Numbered from the stretch's first letter, positions 8,404 through 18,606 are shown. The stretch is 64,000 bases of DNA from an uncultured Thermoplasmata archaeon (GCA_963768855.1 CAVYJM010000017.1:32001-96000); one strand, 5' to 3'. Notes: generated by a model not told the origin, from the sequence alone. Made by a program: numbers and translations.

Positions 8404-11400
8404 CTAGAGTTGTTCCTCCGGCCCGATCTCTTCCTCCGCGGGCTTCGTTCCCGTGTCTTCCGGCGCCGAGGTCGGCGGCTTCTTCCCGCGGCGCGCCAGC
8501 ATCATACCCACGACCACACCCGCCACGACGCCGACCACCAGGAGGGCAATCGCGAGGGCGTAGAGCAGGGTATTGTCCACCGGCGGCGGTGCTTGGATGT
8601 CCACGGAAGTGCTCTGCGTACCGACAGCCACCGTGTGGCTTCCCGCGTCCGCGAACACGTACGAGAACGTCAGGGCCTTCGAGCCACTGGCGTCGATGCT
8701 AACGACCTGAGCGACCGACTTGTTGCCGTCGATCGAGAGCCACACCGTCGTGGTCCCGGCCACCGGCAAGGTGTTCGTCACGGTCACCGTGATCGTCGAC
8801 GCGGATCCGGCCAAGCCCTTCTTCGTAACGCTCAAGCCGGAATACGTCAGCACGGGGTCACTCGCGACGTAGGCCAGCCAGCCGCGCGCGGCTCCGCCGT
8901 ACGGGGTCGTCGCGACAACGAGAGCTTCCGTCGCTCCGAGGGTCGTTGCGACGACCGGCAGGGTCGCCACTCCGGTCGCGTTCGTCACGGCCTGGGTGCT
9001 TCCGCCCCACACGCTCGCACCGGAAATCGTGGCGCCGGTCAACGAGCTGTAGACCGTCACCGTCGCGGTGGTGTTCCCACCCGCGGGCAGCAGCGACTGC
9101 GCGAGAGACACCTTCAGGAACGCGGTGCTCGTGGGCAGGTACAGGTACGCGATCCTCACCGAGAACGGCAGCTTCGCGTTCAGGACCTCGAAGCTCGGGC
9201 TAATCCAGTAGTCGCCGTAGTCCCCGGCGTACAACTGCTCCCGACCGCTGTATGCATAGCGCGGGTCGGACGGGAGATAGTTGAAGGTCAGGGCCTGCGA
9301 CAGACTGACGAGCGGGCTGGTCAGCGTGCACGCGCCGGTCGTCGGCGAGTTGCAGACGATCCGCGTGTAGTTCACCCAGCCCACATCCCAGCCTGCGTTG
9401 CCGGCCGGGGTCTGGTCGTCCGCGAGCAGGGCACCGCTGTCCGGGAAGCGGTTCTTCACGTTCCGCCCGGCTGCGCCATCGCCCGCGGTCAAGAAGACCT
9501 CGGGGTTGCTCACGACGGCCCCGTCCACGCCATAGAACTTAGCGCGGAGCTCGACCTGGTTGCTCTGGGAGGTCACAATCGGCTTCGGGGTGTTGCTGCC
9601 CGGAGCGGTCGTCAGGAACTCGCCCAACGCGAAGATCGGGGCACGTTGCGACACGACGCCCGTGTCGATGACGCCCTGGGCTCCCACAAAGGAGGTCGCA
9701 GGAGTGCACGGGTTCACAGCGAGGGCCAGCGTCTGGCCGGCCGCAGAGCCGATGAACGCCTGCACCTGGATCGCCGAGTCCAGCTTCTCCTGGTCGAAGT
9801 AGAAGCTGCTCTGGTAGACTCCAAGCGCGTCGGTCGTGCTCGTGGCGTTGATGAAGTACTGGCCCGCGAAGCCTCCGACCCAAGTGCTCGGGTCGCAGGA
9901 GTCGATGGTCGTCCCGGTGGCGAGGTTGTCCACGTCGTTGATGACCTCGTAGTCCTCGATCATGTTCTCGACTCCGTAGGCTGCGCCCTGTCCGGTCGAG
10001 TTCTGGAAGGACCCGCCGATGGCGCCTCCGCCGAGAGCCGAGGCATCCAGGTTGCCGCCCGGCTTGTACTCCGGCGTCCCGTAGTCAAACGTGAACGGGA
10101 ACTGAGCCGGGGGTCCGAACGGGCCATAGTCGATGTGGAAGATCACGGGGACGTTCGACACGGGCGCACCGGTTTGATTCCAGACCTGGGCCGAAACGCT
10201 GTCCGTCTGGCGGTCAGGGCTGTACGAGACCATCCGATCCGAGAGCGTTACCTGCGCCGCGATCCCTGGGACCAAAGCACCGCCCGAAACCAAGAGCAAC
10301 ACCGAGTCGGACGTCGCGAAGGCGTTCGCGTGCGGCTGGAACCTCAGCACGACGTTCGTGTTGTTGGTAGCCAACACCGCTGCAGGCGTCTCCGTGACGG
10401 TGAACGAGGCGATTCCCGCCACGTCCGTTACGTCCGAGCCCACTGCGGTCGGAGTCACGGTGATGTTGTTCGTGTCCGAGTACAGGGCATCCACCGTGAC
10501 GCCAGCCTGGGCCGCGCCCGCGAAGTTCGTCACGAGCACCGTGATGATCGTCGAATCCGCCGCCGGGCTGACGATGAAGCCCGGGGTCGCGCTGTCAATG
10601 CTCGTGATGTTCCAGTTGGGCGCCAAGTCGTTCTGGACGACCATCACGATCGACGCGGACTGGGTGTCCGCAGCAATCGTGTTCGCCACAGTGACGTTGG
10701 CCTTCACCACGTCGGTGAGGTGCTGGTTCGGGAACAACGACGCATCCGCAGGGGCGTGGTAGGTGAACGATACGACCCCGCTTGAATCCGTCGTGCCTGA
10801 TGTTGGCGTGACTGTCCCGAGGACCAAGGTCGGGTCGATCGTGATCGGCACGCCGCCGATCCCGGCTCCAGCGGAGTTCGTGACCGTCGCGGTGATCGTT
10901 GACGTCTCTCCAGGTCGGATCACAGGCCTCGTCGTGCTAAGGGCCAGCTGCGCCGTAGGCGCCGGAGGTCCGATTGTGGCCTCCATGACCTTCTGGTTCG
11001 TACCCGATATCGTTCCAGACGTCGCGGTCGTCGTCGCTACACCCGATCCTTGGATGAGCGGGACGGTCCACGTGAACGACGCATGGCCTAGGGCGTCCGT
11101 GGTGCCGGTCAGCTCCGTCGAGTAGCTGCCGAAGGTCAGGTTCACGGTCACCGCGGCGCTCGCGACCGGGGCGCCCGCCTCAGAGACGAGCGCGGAGATC
11201 GGAACACTCTCGCGGTAGTAGACCTGATCTGGCATCGACGTCGTGACGGTCAGGGTGCCCGTGGCCCCAGGAATGAACTGGAACGTCACGGGGCGCAGGT
11301 TCACGATCGTGTAGAAGTTGAACACCCCGAACGCAGCCGAGGAAATCGGCGGGAAGTTCACCCAGCCAGCGAACACGTCATTGCGGTACGCCCCCAGGTT

Positions 11401-13236
11401 CTTGCGGTAGTAGAGGACGTTCCACGGGATGTCGTTGACAACAGTGCCCTCGACATCCTTGATGAGCTGCTGGCGCTTCGTCGCGTCAATCGTGTACAGG
11501 GCCTGGTTGATCTTCTGGTCCACGACCGGGTTGTTGTATTGGGCGCTGTTCGAGCCCGACGGGTTGATGTTCGTGGCCTGGTCGCTGCAGAAGAACGAGC
11601 AGATATAGGCCTCCGGGAACGGACCCAGGGACCAGCCCAGGATGTAGAGGTCGTACGTGATTGGCGCCACTTGGAACTTCGCCACGATCGTGTTGAAGCT
11701 CGTCGGTGCCGCGTCAATGTCAAGGCCCATCGCCTTCAGGTTGTTCGAGATCATGATGCCCGCGTCCGCGCGGACCGGATCATAGTCCTTGGGCGGGGTC
11801 AGGATCGTCGCTTTGATCGGGTTGCCGCTTGGGTCCTTGAAGAATCCCGTGGACGAGTCGATCGTGTATCCGTTCGCCAACAGCAAGGCTCGGCCCGCCG
11901 CGATATTGAAGCTCGGCGGGGACGCGCTCTGGTTGACGTAGTTGAAGTTCAGCTCCGAGACGGGCACCGTGCCCTTCGTGCCGAAGCCGCCCAGCAGGGT
12001 GTTCACGATGTAGTCCTTGTCGATGGCCATCGAGATGGCCTCGCGCAGGATGAGCTGGTCCCAGGGGGCTTTGATCAGGTTGAACGACATGTAGAAGAAG
12101 CCCGAGTCCAGCGACTGGTACGGAGTGATGGCGGGGTTCGATGAGATCTGGTTGAGGAAGCCCGGCGTCACGGACCACAGCATCGTGTCGATCTCGCCCT
12201 TCTGGAGGGCCAAGCTGACCACATCAAGGCTGCCGTAGACGACGAAGTTGACGGCGGTCAGGTAGCTGGGCGAGAACCCGTAGTTGGTTCCCTTCCAGTT
12301 GTGGACCTGGGCCTTCCCCCAGTAGTTGGGGTACACCGAGATCGTCGAGCCGGCGTTCTTCGCCCACGAGGTGAGCATGAACGGGCCCGTTCCCACCGTG
12401 GCGTCCGACTGGGTCATGCCCGAGCCGTACGTCGTGTCGATGGAGCGGTCCCAGGTGTCGGTCACGACGCCTCCAGTGGAATCGGAGTAGTTGGCGAGGC
12501 CGGCCGCGGTCATGTGGTTCTTCCAGACCCCGGAGGGGATGATGGCGATGTCGAGCGTGTCGTAGAAAGCCAGCGAGTATCCGCCGAGGATCCCGCCCGG
12601 CAGGTTGTGGGGCGTGAACCAGAACTTCACCGTGGTTGAGTCAATCTTCGTCACACCGACGTGGGAGCTGCATGCATAGGGCAACCCAGCGGGGACCGTG
12701 CACGTTCCCCCGTTCGCGGTGCTGTTCCACAGGGGGAACTTGGGGGCGGGCCACCAGATACCCTTGGAGATCCCGTTCGCGAACGTGGACCAGCCCAGGC
12801 TCTGGTACGTGAAGATCACATCGTCCGCGGTCATCGGCTGGCCGTTCGTGAACGTGACGCCAGACCGGATGTAGACGGTGATGTTCAGGCCCGAAGCATC
12901 CACACAGTATCCCGGCCCGCCGACCGACCCAGCAGGGCAAGCGGTTCCCCCGCGTGCGGGGTCCGCTAAGTCGGCATAAAGCGCGTAGTCGGGGTCGAAC
13001 GTGAACAAGGGTTCCCAGTTAAATTGGAGCTGGTACCCCTTCCATATGGTGTTCGTAGCCACGTCGAAATAGTCAAGATTCGGCATATCCAGCTGAAGTC
13101 CAACGACGAGGTTCGTCCGCTCACCTTGTGCGGCAGCGTTGCGGGCTTGTCCCAATATGACGAAGCTCGCTGCTATCAGCACATAGACGATAACCATCGT
13201 TCGTAGGCTTCTCGAGCGCAACAGCTTTTGTAACAT
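8404..13236 (-). CDS. Giant (~1610 aa) family-5 ABC substrate-binding protein with Ig-like repeats and C-terminal membrane anchor
   Basis: N-terminal signal; SBP_5 motifs (VGTGPFMLTSW, LREAISMAIDKDYIV, AQYNNPVVDQKI); ~900 aa of T/V/A-rich Ig-like repeats (TTDSSGVVSFTY, VTNATGVATL); C-terminal TM followed by ARRGKK; SD GAGGTGGAGGAG upstream. Confidence 0.9.
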   Translation of the reverse strand: MLQKLLRSRSLRTMVIVYVLIAASFVILGQARNAAAQGERTNLVVGLQLDMPNLDYFDVATNTIWKGYQLQFNWEPLFTFDPDYALYADLADPARGGTACPAGSVGGPGYCVDASGLNITVYIRSGVTFTNGQPMTADDVIFTYQSLGWSTFANGISKGIWWPAPKFPLWNSTANGGTCTVPAGLPYACSSHVGVTKIDSTTVKFWFTPHNLPGGILGGYSLAFYDTLDIAIIPSGVWKNHMTAAGLANYSDSTGGVVTDTWDRSIDTTYGSGMTQSDATVGTGPFMLTSWAKNAGSTISVYPNYWGKAQVHNWKGTNYGFSPSYLTAVNFVVYGSLDVVSLALQKGEIDTMLWSVTPGFLNQISSNPAITPYQSLDSGFFYMSFNLIKAPWDQLILREAISMAIDKDYIVNTLLGGFGTKGTVPVSELNFNYVNQSASPPSFNIAAGRALLLANGYTIDSSTGFFKDPSGNPIKATILTPPKDYDPVRADAGIMISNNLKAMGLDIDAAPTSFNTIVAKFQVAPITYDLYILGWSLGPFPEAYICSFFCSDQATNINPSGSNSAQYNNPVVDQKINQALYTIDATKRQQLIKDVEGTVVNDIPWNVLYYRKNLGAYRNDVFAGWVNFPPISSAAFGVFNFYTIVNLRPVTFQFIPGATGTLTVTTSMPDQVYYRESVPISALVSEAGAPVASAAVTVNLTFGSYSTELTGTTDALGHASFTWTVPLIQGSGVATTTATSGTISGTNQKVMEATIGPPAPTAQLALSTTRPVIRPGETSTITATVTNSAGAGIGGVPITIDPTLVLGTVTPTSGTTDSSGVVSFTYHAPADASLFPNQHLTDVVKANVTVANTIAADTQSASIVMVVQNDLAPNWNITSIDSATPGFIVSPAADSTIITVLVTNFAGAAQAGVTVDALYSDTNNITVTPTAVGSDVTDVAGIASFTVTETPAAVLATNNTNVVLRFQPHANAFATSDSVLLLVSGGALVPGIAAQVTLSDRMVSYSPDRQTDSVSAQVWNQTGAPVSNVPVIFHIDYGPFGPPAQFPFTFDYGTPEYKPGGNLDASALGGGAIGGSFQNSTGQGAAYGVENMIEDYEVINDVDNLATGTTIDSCDPSTWVGGFAGQYFINATSTTDALGVYQSSFYFDQEKLDSAIQVQAFIGSAAGQTLALAVNPCTPATSFVGAQGVIDTGVVSQRAPIFALGEFLTTAPGSNTPKPIVTSQSNQVELRAKFYGVDGAVVSNPEVFLTAGDGAAGRNVKNRFPDSGALLADDQTPAGNAGWDVGWVNYTRIVCNSPTTGACTLTSPLVSLSQALTFNYLPSDPRYAYSGREQLYAGDYGDYWISPSFEVLNAKLPFSVRIAYLYLPTSTAFLKVSLAQSLLPAGGNTTATVTVYSSLTGATISGASVWGGSTQAVTNATGVATLPVVATTLGATEALVVATTPYGGAARGWLAYVASDPVLTYSGLSVTKKGLAGSASTITVTVTNTLPVAGTTTVWLSIDGNKSVAQVVSIDASGSKALTFSYVFADAGSHTVAVGTQSTSVDIQAPPPVDNTLLYALAIALLVVGVVAGVVVGMMLARRGKKPPTSAPEDTGTKPAEEEIGPEEQL

Positions 13237-13288
13237 AGGTCGCTCCTCCACCTCGAATTCAGGCTAAGTCGGTGGAGCGTGCGGAACG

Positions 13289-13296
13289 TATAAAAA
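13289..13296 (-). promoter_or_regulatory. Archaeal TATA box of the dpp operon
   Basis: TTTTTATA on minus strand ~55 bp upstream of the SBP ATG in otherwise GC-rich DNA. Confidence 0.65.
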
Positions 13297-13416
13297 CTAT
13301 CCGTTCGAACTCTGTCCCGGCCCGCCGGTTCGCAACACATCGATAGAATGGAGGGAAGGCGGCGTGCGGAAATGGCGCGCCCCGACGGTTTATGCGAGCC
13401 GCCGATCCAATCGCGG

Positions 13417-14208
13417 CTACCTCGGGCTCCAGCCCGCGGCGGCTCGAATCCCCTCCAGCCAGATGAGATGAAGCTGGGCGTCCTCGAAGCGAGCTCGCCA
13501 TTCGTCTGAGACTTTCGGCTTCACGATCACGGAGAACGGAATTCCGTAGTCGACATCCATCAAGAAGAGGGGCTCAGGGGGAACGGACCCGAAGTCATGC
13601 CGCGTCCCCCGCAGGGCGTCCTCCACCGCCGCGGTTTTCGCTTCGTCGCGCGCGCAAGCGACCATCGCTGCGACGATCCGCCGGACCATCCCACGACGGA
13701 AGCTACGCGCGCGGACATCGATGAGGATCGCGTCCCCGCTCCTCGAGACGTCCAAGCGATGGAGCGCGAAGGGACCCGAAGGGGGATCCGAGGTGAAGGA
13801 ACGGAAGTCGTGTTCCCCCAGGAAAAGGTCGCCGACCCGCTGCAACGCCGGAACCGAGAGATTCTCGAAGAGATGGTAGCGGTACCAACGCTCCCGCGCA
13901 TGCCTCGGATGAAAGGAATCGGGAACCGACGCGACCCCCCAGCCCCATACGTCCCGCGCCCGGTCGTTGAATGCGCCCACGACGGCCGCGGGCGGCAGGG
14001 AGGAGTCGAAGGCGATCACGTTGCCCACCGCGCTCACCCCGCGGTCCGTGCGACTCGCGCTGCGGAAGAACGCCTTTCCCGGATCGGACAGGATTCGAGC
14101 GGCCTTCAGCGCCGCGAGGCACTCCCCTTCGACGGTCCGTGCGTCGGGCTGGCGCTGATGGCCGTAGAACGCGCGACCGTCGTACGCGAGCTTCAGGGCG
14201 ACGCGCAT
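13417..14208 (-). CDS. truA: tRNA pseudouridine(38-40) synthase TruA
   Basis: MRVALKLAYDGRAFYGHQRQP, ASRTDRGVSAVGNV, GEHDFRSF. Confidence 0.93.
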   Translation of the reverse strand: MRVALKLAYDGRAFYGHQRQPDARTVEGECLAALKAARILSDPGKAFFRSASRTDRGVSAVGNVIAFDSSLPPAAVVGAFNDRARDVWGWGVASVPDSFHPRHARERWYRYHLFENLSVPALQRVGDLFLGEHDFRSFTSDPPSGPFALHRLDVSRSGDAILIDVRARSFRRGMVRRIVAAMVACARDEAKTAAVEDALRGTRHDFGSVPPEPLFLMDVDYGIPFSVIVKPKVSDEWRARFEDAQLHLIWLEGIRAAAGWSPR

Positions 14209-14245
14209 GCGAAGGTCATAGTATCTAGGATAATATAGCGCACCG

Positions 14246-14959
14246 ATGCCCCGAATCCGAGTCATCCTCGTCGAGCCGAAGAGCGAAGGGAACGTGGGGG
14301 CGGTCGCGCGCGCGATGCGCAACTTCGGCGCCCGCGACCTCGTGCTCGTGAAGCCGTGTCCCCTCGGCGACGAGGCGTACAAGCGGGCGATGCACGGGGT
14401 CCAGATCCTCCAAGCCGCGAAGACGGTGGACTCGTTGGACGCGGCCCTGAAAGGGAGTGACCTGCTGGTCGGCACCTCCGGAATCGACACGCGCAGCGAG
14501 AAACGGTTCGCGCGAATCTCCGTCACGCCGCGGGAGCTCGCGGACCGCGTGGCTCCGATGAACGGGACCGTGGCGCTCGCGTTCGGGCGCGAGGACTTCG
14601 GGCTCTTCGAGTCGGAACTCGGACGGTGCGACCTCCTCGTGACCATCCCGGCGGCGGCGGACTACCCGATCCTCAATCTGTCCCATGCGGCGACGATCGC
14701 CCTCTACGAGCTCTTCGCGGGGCGTACGGCGACGCGGGCCCGGCGCGAGGCGTCCGGCCTCGAGAAGGAGAAGCTGCACGAGGCGTTCGCCTCGCTCTTG
14801 GACGCGGCGCAGTACCCGGAGCACAAGCGCGCGCGGAACAAGGTCATGTTCCGGCGGCTCGTGGGGCGTGCGGTGCCCAGCAAGTGGGAGTTCCACGCCC
14901 TAATGGGCGTGTTCCAGCGCGCCACGAAGCGAATCGAGCGCTTGGAACGGGGCCACTAG
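14246..14959 (+). CDS. trmJ: tRNA/rRNA 2'-O-methyltransferase, SPOUT TrmJ family
   Basis: VILVEPKSEGNVGAVARAMRNFG, FGREDFGL, YPILNLSHA. Confidence 0.92.
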   Translation: MPRIRVILVEPKSEGNVGAVARAMRNFGARDLVLVKPCPLGDEAYKRAMHGVQILQAAKTVDSLDAALKGSDLLVGTSGIDTRSEKRFARISVTPRELADRVAPMNGTVALAFGREDFGLFESELGRCDLLVTIPAAADYPILNLSHAATIALYELFAGRTATRARREASGLEKEKLHEAFASLLDAAQYPEHKRARNKVMFRRLVGRAVPSKWEFHALMGVFQRATKRIERLERGH

Positions 14960-14968
14960 GCCGGCGGC

Positions 14969-15988
14969 TCACCTCGTCGCTCCGATCCGCATCGTCCGGT
15001 CCGTCTTCTCCATGCTACGGTGGCCGTCCTTCTCGAGGGACATCAGCGCGCGGATCGCGTCGATGTTCTCCGGCACGACGTCCGACTCCTGGTGGACCGC
15101 TTGGAAGTAGTACAGGTGCTTGCCGTCCACGACGTGCACGCCGTCCTTCCAGACGGCGATCTCGTAGAGGTCCGAGCGGTCGCGGGAGAGGTCCCGCGCG
15201 AGCTCCATGATCTGCGCGGTCGATTTGACCCCCTCGCCGCCGGAGACGAAGGCGATGCGGGGGAAGCGTTTCCAGACCTCGAGGATCTCGGCGGGCTCCG
15301 CGGCCCGCTTGAGGTCCACGGAGATCGCGTGGAGGTGCATGAGCGTCGAGGAGACCTTGACCGCGATCGTGTGGATGTTGAGCTTCGGGAGCACGCTCTG
15401 GACGTCGGGGCCGTGGTGGCTCGGCATCTCGAGTTCGGGCTCGATCGCGTTGATGGGGCCCTTCTTCGAGTCGCCCGGGTCGGCGGCGCGTCGCACCATG
15501 ACGGCCAAGACCTTCTCCACCCCGATGTGCGCGTCGAGCGGGTACAGGGTGCGGATCAGGCCGGTCGTGTTGCACGAGGTCACGCGCACGAACTGCGCCC
15601 CGAGGCAGTCCCCGTAGTTGGCGGCCGCGTTGAACGAGAGGTTCGTCAGGGAATGCTCCTCTCCGCCCTGCCAGATCGCCTTGACGCCCGCCTTCTCGTA
15701 CGCCGGCTTGTAGCCGCTCTCCTCGGGCGTGCAGTCCACGACGAGGTCCGCCTCCTTGATCAGGTCCTCGAGCGTCCCGGCGGCCATGAACCCGGCCTTC
15801 TGGAACTTCGCGAGCGCCTCTTTGTCGCTCGCATAGACGGGGAACCCCTTCTTCGCGGCGAGCTTGGCCTCGAAGTTGGGTTTCGTCTTCGCGACGCCGA
15901 CGACCTTCATGTCGTCCTGGAGGGCGACCGCGTCGGCGACGCGCTTCCCGATCGTTCCGTATCCGTTGATGGCGATCTTTGCGGGCAT
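14969..15988 (-). CDS. gap: Type II (archaeal) glyceraldehyde-3-phosphate dehydrogenase
   Basis: INGYGTIGKRVADAV, catalytic VTSCNTTGL, HQESDVVPENIDAIRA. Confidence 0.96.
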   Translation of the reverse strand: MPAKIAINGYGTIGKRVADAVALQDDMKVVGVAKTKPNFEAKLAAKKGFPVYASDKEALAKFQKAGFMAAGTLEDLIKEADLVVDCTPEESGYKPAYEKAGVKAIWQGGEEHSLTNLSFNAAANYGDCLGAQFVRVTSCNTTGLIRTLYPLDAHIGVEKVLAVMVRRAADPGDSKKGPINAIEPELEMPSHHGPDVQSVLPKLNIHTIAVKVSSTLMHLHAISVDLKRAAEPAEILEVWKRFPRIAFVSGGEGVKSTAQIMELARDLSRDRSDLYEIAVWKDGVHVVDGKHLYYFQAVHQESDVVPENIDAIRALMSLEKDGHRSMEKTDRTMRIGATR

Positions 15989-16139
15989 GGAGCAATCCCC
16001 AGGAGACTCAACGGCGGGGGCACTAAAAAGGTTGTGCGGGAACTGTACTTTCGGTCTCTCCCGTTCGCGAGTAGCCTCGATAAAGCTAGCGATGCCGGCG
16101 TACGCGAACGTACATGTCCCCGGACTCCGATGCCGGGGC

Positions 16140-16355
16140 ATGCTCTGCTACTACTGCGAGAACCAGGCCCGGGCTACGTGCCGATTCTGCGGCGCGGGCG
16201 TCTGCAAGAGCCACGTGGCGGCCGCCCGATTCGCAAGCGGGGGCGCGAGTCCGGACCCCATGTCCGGCCTGCAGAGGTCCGAATACGTCCTGGTGAACAA
16301 CGCGATCTGGTGCGGCCGGTGCCAGGCCCAGTGGTTCGTGGCTCCGCCGGCCTAG
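16140..16355 (+). CDS. Small Cys/His-rich zinc-finger protein (71 aa)
   Basis: MLCYYCENQARATCRFCGAGVCKSH...IWCGRC; fills the gap between gap and coaD. Confidence 0.75.
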   Translation: MLCYYCENQARATCRFCGAGVCKSHVAAARFASGGASPDPMSGLQRSEYVLVNNAIWCGRCQAQWFVAPPA

Positions 16356-17330
16356 CTAGTGCGCGTAGAGGTCCCGCCGGATCCGCGGGACCATCGCCAT
16401 GAGCACGGCGGCCTCCGTCAAGGTGTCGCGGTCCATCCGGCGTTCCGTCAGGTAGCCGATCGCTCCGAACTTGGACCCGATCTCCCGGACCCCCGTGAGC
16501 TCGGCCATGGCCTCGCTCACCGTCCGGCCCGCCTTGACCCGCGCGACGACCCCGGGAGGATACTCGAACCCCGGACCGTGGCCGAGGGTGACCCGTCCCG
16601 ACCGGTCGACCACGGCGCAGTACTGGACGTCCAGGTAGTCGCCCACGGAGGCGTCCCACAGGAGCCCCGCCTCGATGCCCACGCCGAAGTCCGCGTCCGT
16701 CAGGGCGGCCCGTGCGCGGTTCGTCGCGCCGACGGGGGCCTGCTGGTCGATCGGCTGCTCCGGGACGCCGGTCGTCACCGACACCGGCCGGACGCGGACG
16801 CGCTCGAACAGATCCTCGAAGACGCGGCGGACCGCCCGCAGCTTGACCGGGTTGTCCGTCCCGACGTGGACTCGGACGGTCGTGAGCCGGTTGCCGTGGG
16901 GATCGATCGTCCCCGCTCGGATCCGGCGGGACTGGATGGGGAGCCCGTCCTGCGCGAGGACCATAGGCACCTCGCGGATCTCGAGCGGCCGGAGGCCCTT
17001 GCGGGCCCGCGCCTCGTTGAGCCCCTTCCCGACGTGGGCCCGGTCCGCGGAGACGACGAGCACGTCGAGGTCGGGCAGGTCGTCGGCCGGCCCGTACGCG
17101 TCGTCAATCGGTTCGATGACGAAGCGCGTCCACCGGTGGGACCTCAGGAATCTCCGCAGGTTCCTCTCGCGGACTTCGTAGGGATGGACCTCGGAGCGCG
17201 ACTCCCGCGCGAACCGGTCCGTCGTGAGGCCGATCAGCACCCGCTCCGCGCGGAGCGCAAACGCGGCGCCGAGGAGGGCGCGATGCCCGTCGTGGAGCAG
17301 GTCAAACGTCCCACCCATCGCGACGCGCAT
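16356..17330 (-). CDS. coaD: Bifunctional phosphopantetheine adenylyltransferase / inosine-xanthosine triphosphatase (YjjX) fusion
   Basis: N-terminal GGTFDLLHDGH (HxGH); C-terminal GTDNPVK, GATNRA, GVGIEAG. Confidence 0.92.
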   Translation of the reverse strand: MRVAMGGTFDLLHDGHRALLGAAFALRAERVLIGLTTDRFARESRSEVHPYEVRERNLRRFLRSHRWTRFVIEPIDDAYGPADDLPDLDVLVVSADRAHVGKGLNEARARKGLRPLEIREVPMVLAQDGLPIQSRRIRAGTIDPHGNRLTTVRVHVGTDNPVKLRAVRRVFEDLFERVRVRPVSVTTGVPEQPIDQQAPVGATNRARAALTDADFGVGIEAGLLWDASVGDYLDVQYCAVVDRSGRVTLGHGPGFEYPPGVVARVKAGRTVSEAMAELTGVREIGSKFGAIGYLTERRMDRDTLTEAAVLMAMVPRIRRDLYAH

Positions 17331-17366
17331 CGGCGGGCCATCCGGTCGTGTCGATATAAGGCTGAC

Positions 17367-18401
17367 CTAGGGAAGCAGTCGACCCTCATGGATCGCGATG
17401 AGGTCGGAGTACAACGCGAAGGCGGTCTGCCGCAGGCCGGGGTTCCGCTCGGACACGAGCAGCTCCTTCAGCATGTCCGTCCGCGCGAGGAGCGCGTTCG
17501 ACGTGCCCTCGATCGAGGCGAGCGGATGGTCGAGCGGCAGCTCCTCGACGGTCACAGACGCGCGGACGTCCCGGCCCTCCGTCCAGCCGCGGGCGATCTG
17601 CTTCACCCGGCGGCCGAGGGCACGGGCCTCCTGGACCCGCGCGGCGGAGATCCCCGCGATCCCCTGCCGGGGCACCGTCTCCGGGCGGAGCCGACCGCCC
17701 ATGAGGACGTTGGCGATCAGGCACGCCTTCGCCGTCGCGTCCCAGCCCTCGAGGTCCATGGCCGGGTCCGTCTCGAGGAAGCCCATCCCACGCGCCGCCT
17801 CGACCCCGTCGTCGTACGAACGGCCCGCCTCGATCTCGGAGAGGATGAAGTTGCTCGTGCTGTTCAGGATCCCCTCGAAGGACTCGACATGCGCGCCGCG
17901 GAGGGTCTCCTGGAACAGGTTGAACACGGGAGCTCCGTCCATGACCGTGCCCTCGTACCGGAACCCGACGTGCTTGCGCCGCGCGAGCTCGCGCAGCCGC
18001 GCGTAATGGTACACGACGGGGCCCTTGTTCGCCGTGATCACGTGCTTCCCGCTCGAGAGCGCCGCCCGGATGTGGTCGACCGCGACCTGCTTCTCCGCGA
18101 TTCGCAGCGGGGTGATCTCGACCACGGTGTCCGCGCGAACGCGGCGGAGGAACGCGATCGGGTCGTCGCGGATCGGTCGGCCGCATGCCTCGACGGAGGC
18201 GTCCGCCTCCGCGAGCTGCACCGCCTTGGCGAGGTCGATGCCCTTCGCATTCTCCACGCGGCCGTGACGACCCGTGAGGATCGCGACGACAGATGCCTCG
18301 AGCCCCCGTTCGCGACGGAGTTCGCGGCGGCGCTCGACGAGCATCCGGGCGAACTCCCGCCCGACGTTCCCGAAGCCGACGAGGACGAGGCGATGCCCCA
18401 A
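17367..18401 (-). CDS. hom: Homoserine dehydrogenase
   Basis: GFGNVG, HVITANKGP, YEGTVMDGAP, GILNSTSNFIL, ETDPAMDLEGWD. Confidence 0.93.
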   Translation of the reverse strand: MGHRLVLVGFGNVGREFARMLVERRRELRRERGLEASVVAILTGRHGRVENAKGIDLAKAVQLAEADASVEACGRPIRDDPIAFLRRVRADTVVEITPLRIAEKQVAVDHIRAALSSGKHVITANKGPVVYHYARLRELARRKHVGFRYEGTVMDGAPVFNLFQETLRGAHVESFEGILNSTSNFILSEIEAGRSYDDGVEAARGMGFLETDPAMDLEGWDATAKACLIANVLMGGRLRPETVPRQGIAGISAARVQEARALGRRVKQIARGWTEGRDVRASVTVEELPLDHPLASIEGTSNALLARTDMLKELLVSERNPGLRQTAFALYSDLIAIHEGRLLP

Positions 18402-18606
18402 GGTGTCACCTTCCGGCGTTCTCGCGCAGGGAACGACCGCGCAGGGTTAAGTATTCCGCACGGACTGCATCGGTCGGCCTGTTTGCAGGGGAAACGAGGG
18501 CGTCTGGGCACCGAAAGACGTTTGAAAACTTCCCCGGTCGGCCTCTTCTTTCTACTTGAGAATTCCGAAATGGTTAAATACGGACCGCTTCTTCCCATCC
18601 TTCCAG

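Noticed and set aside
8314-10785. 823-aa plus-strand ORF, and similar long antisense ORFs (e.g. 16359-18839, 44084-46318, 46017-49055, 52791-55331)
   Set aside because: Shadow ORFs on the reverse strand of real genes, caused by high GC3 bias; Arg/Gly/Pro-rich with no motifs.
13435-13460. GGCTCGAATCCC, resembling a tRNA T-loop
   Set aside because: It is the reverse complement of truA coding sequence, and no cloverleaf forms around it.
16356-17330. CoaD-YjjX fusion as a novelty
   Set aside because: This fusion is already known from Thermoplasmatales.
18402-18606. Possible sRNA upstream of gar1-tfb; CGGTCGGCCT occurs twice
   Set aside because: The region is explained by two divergent TATA boxes; no C/D or H/ACA boxes are recognisable, and a 10-bp GC-rich repeat is weak evidence.
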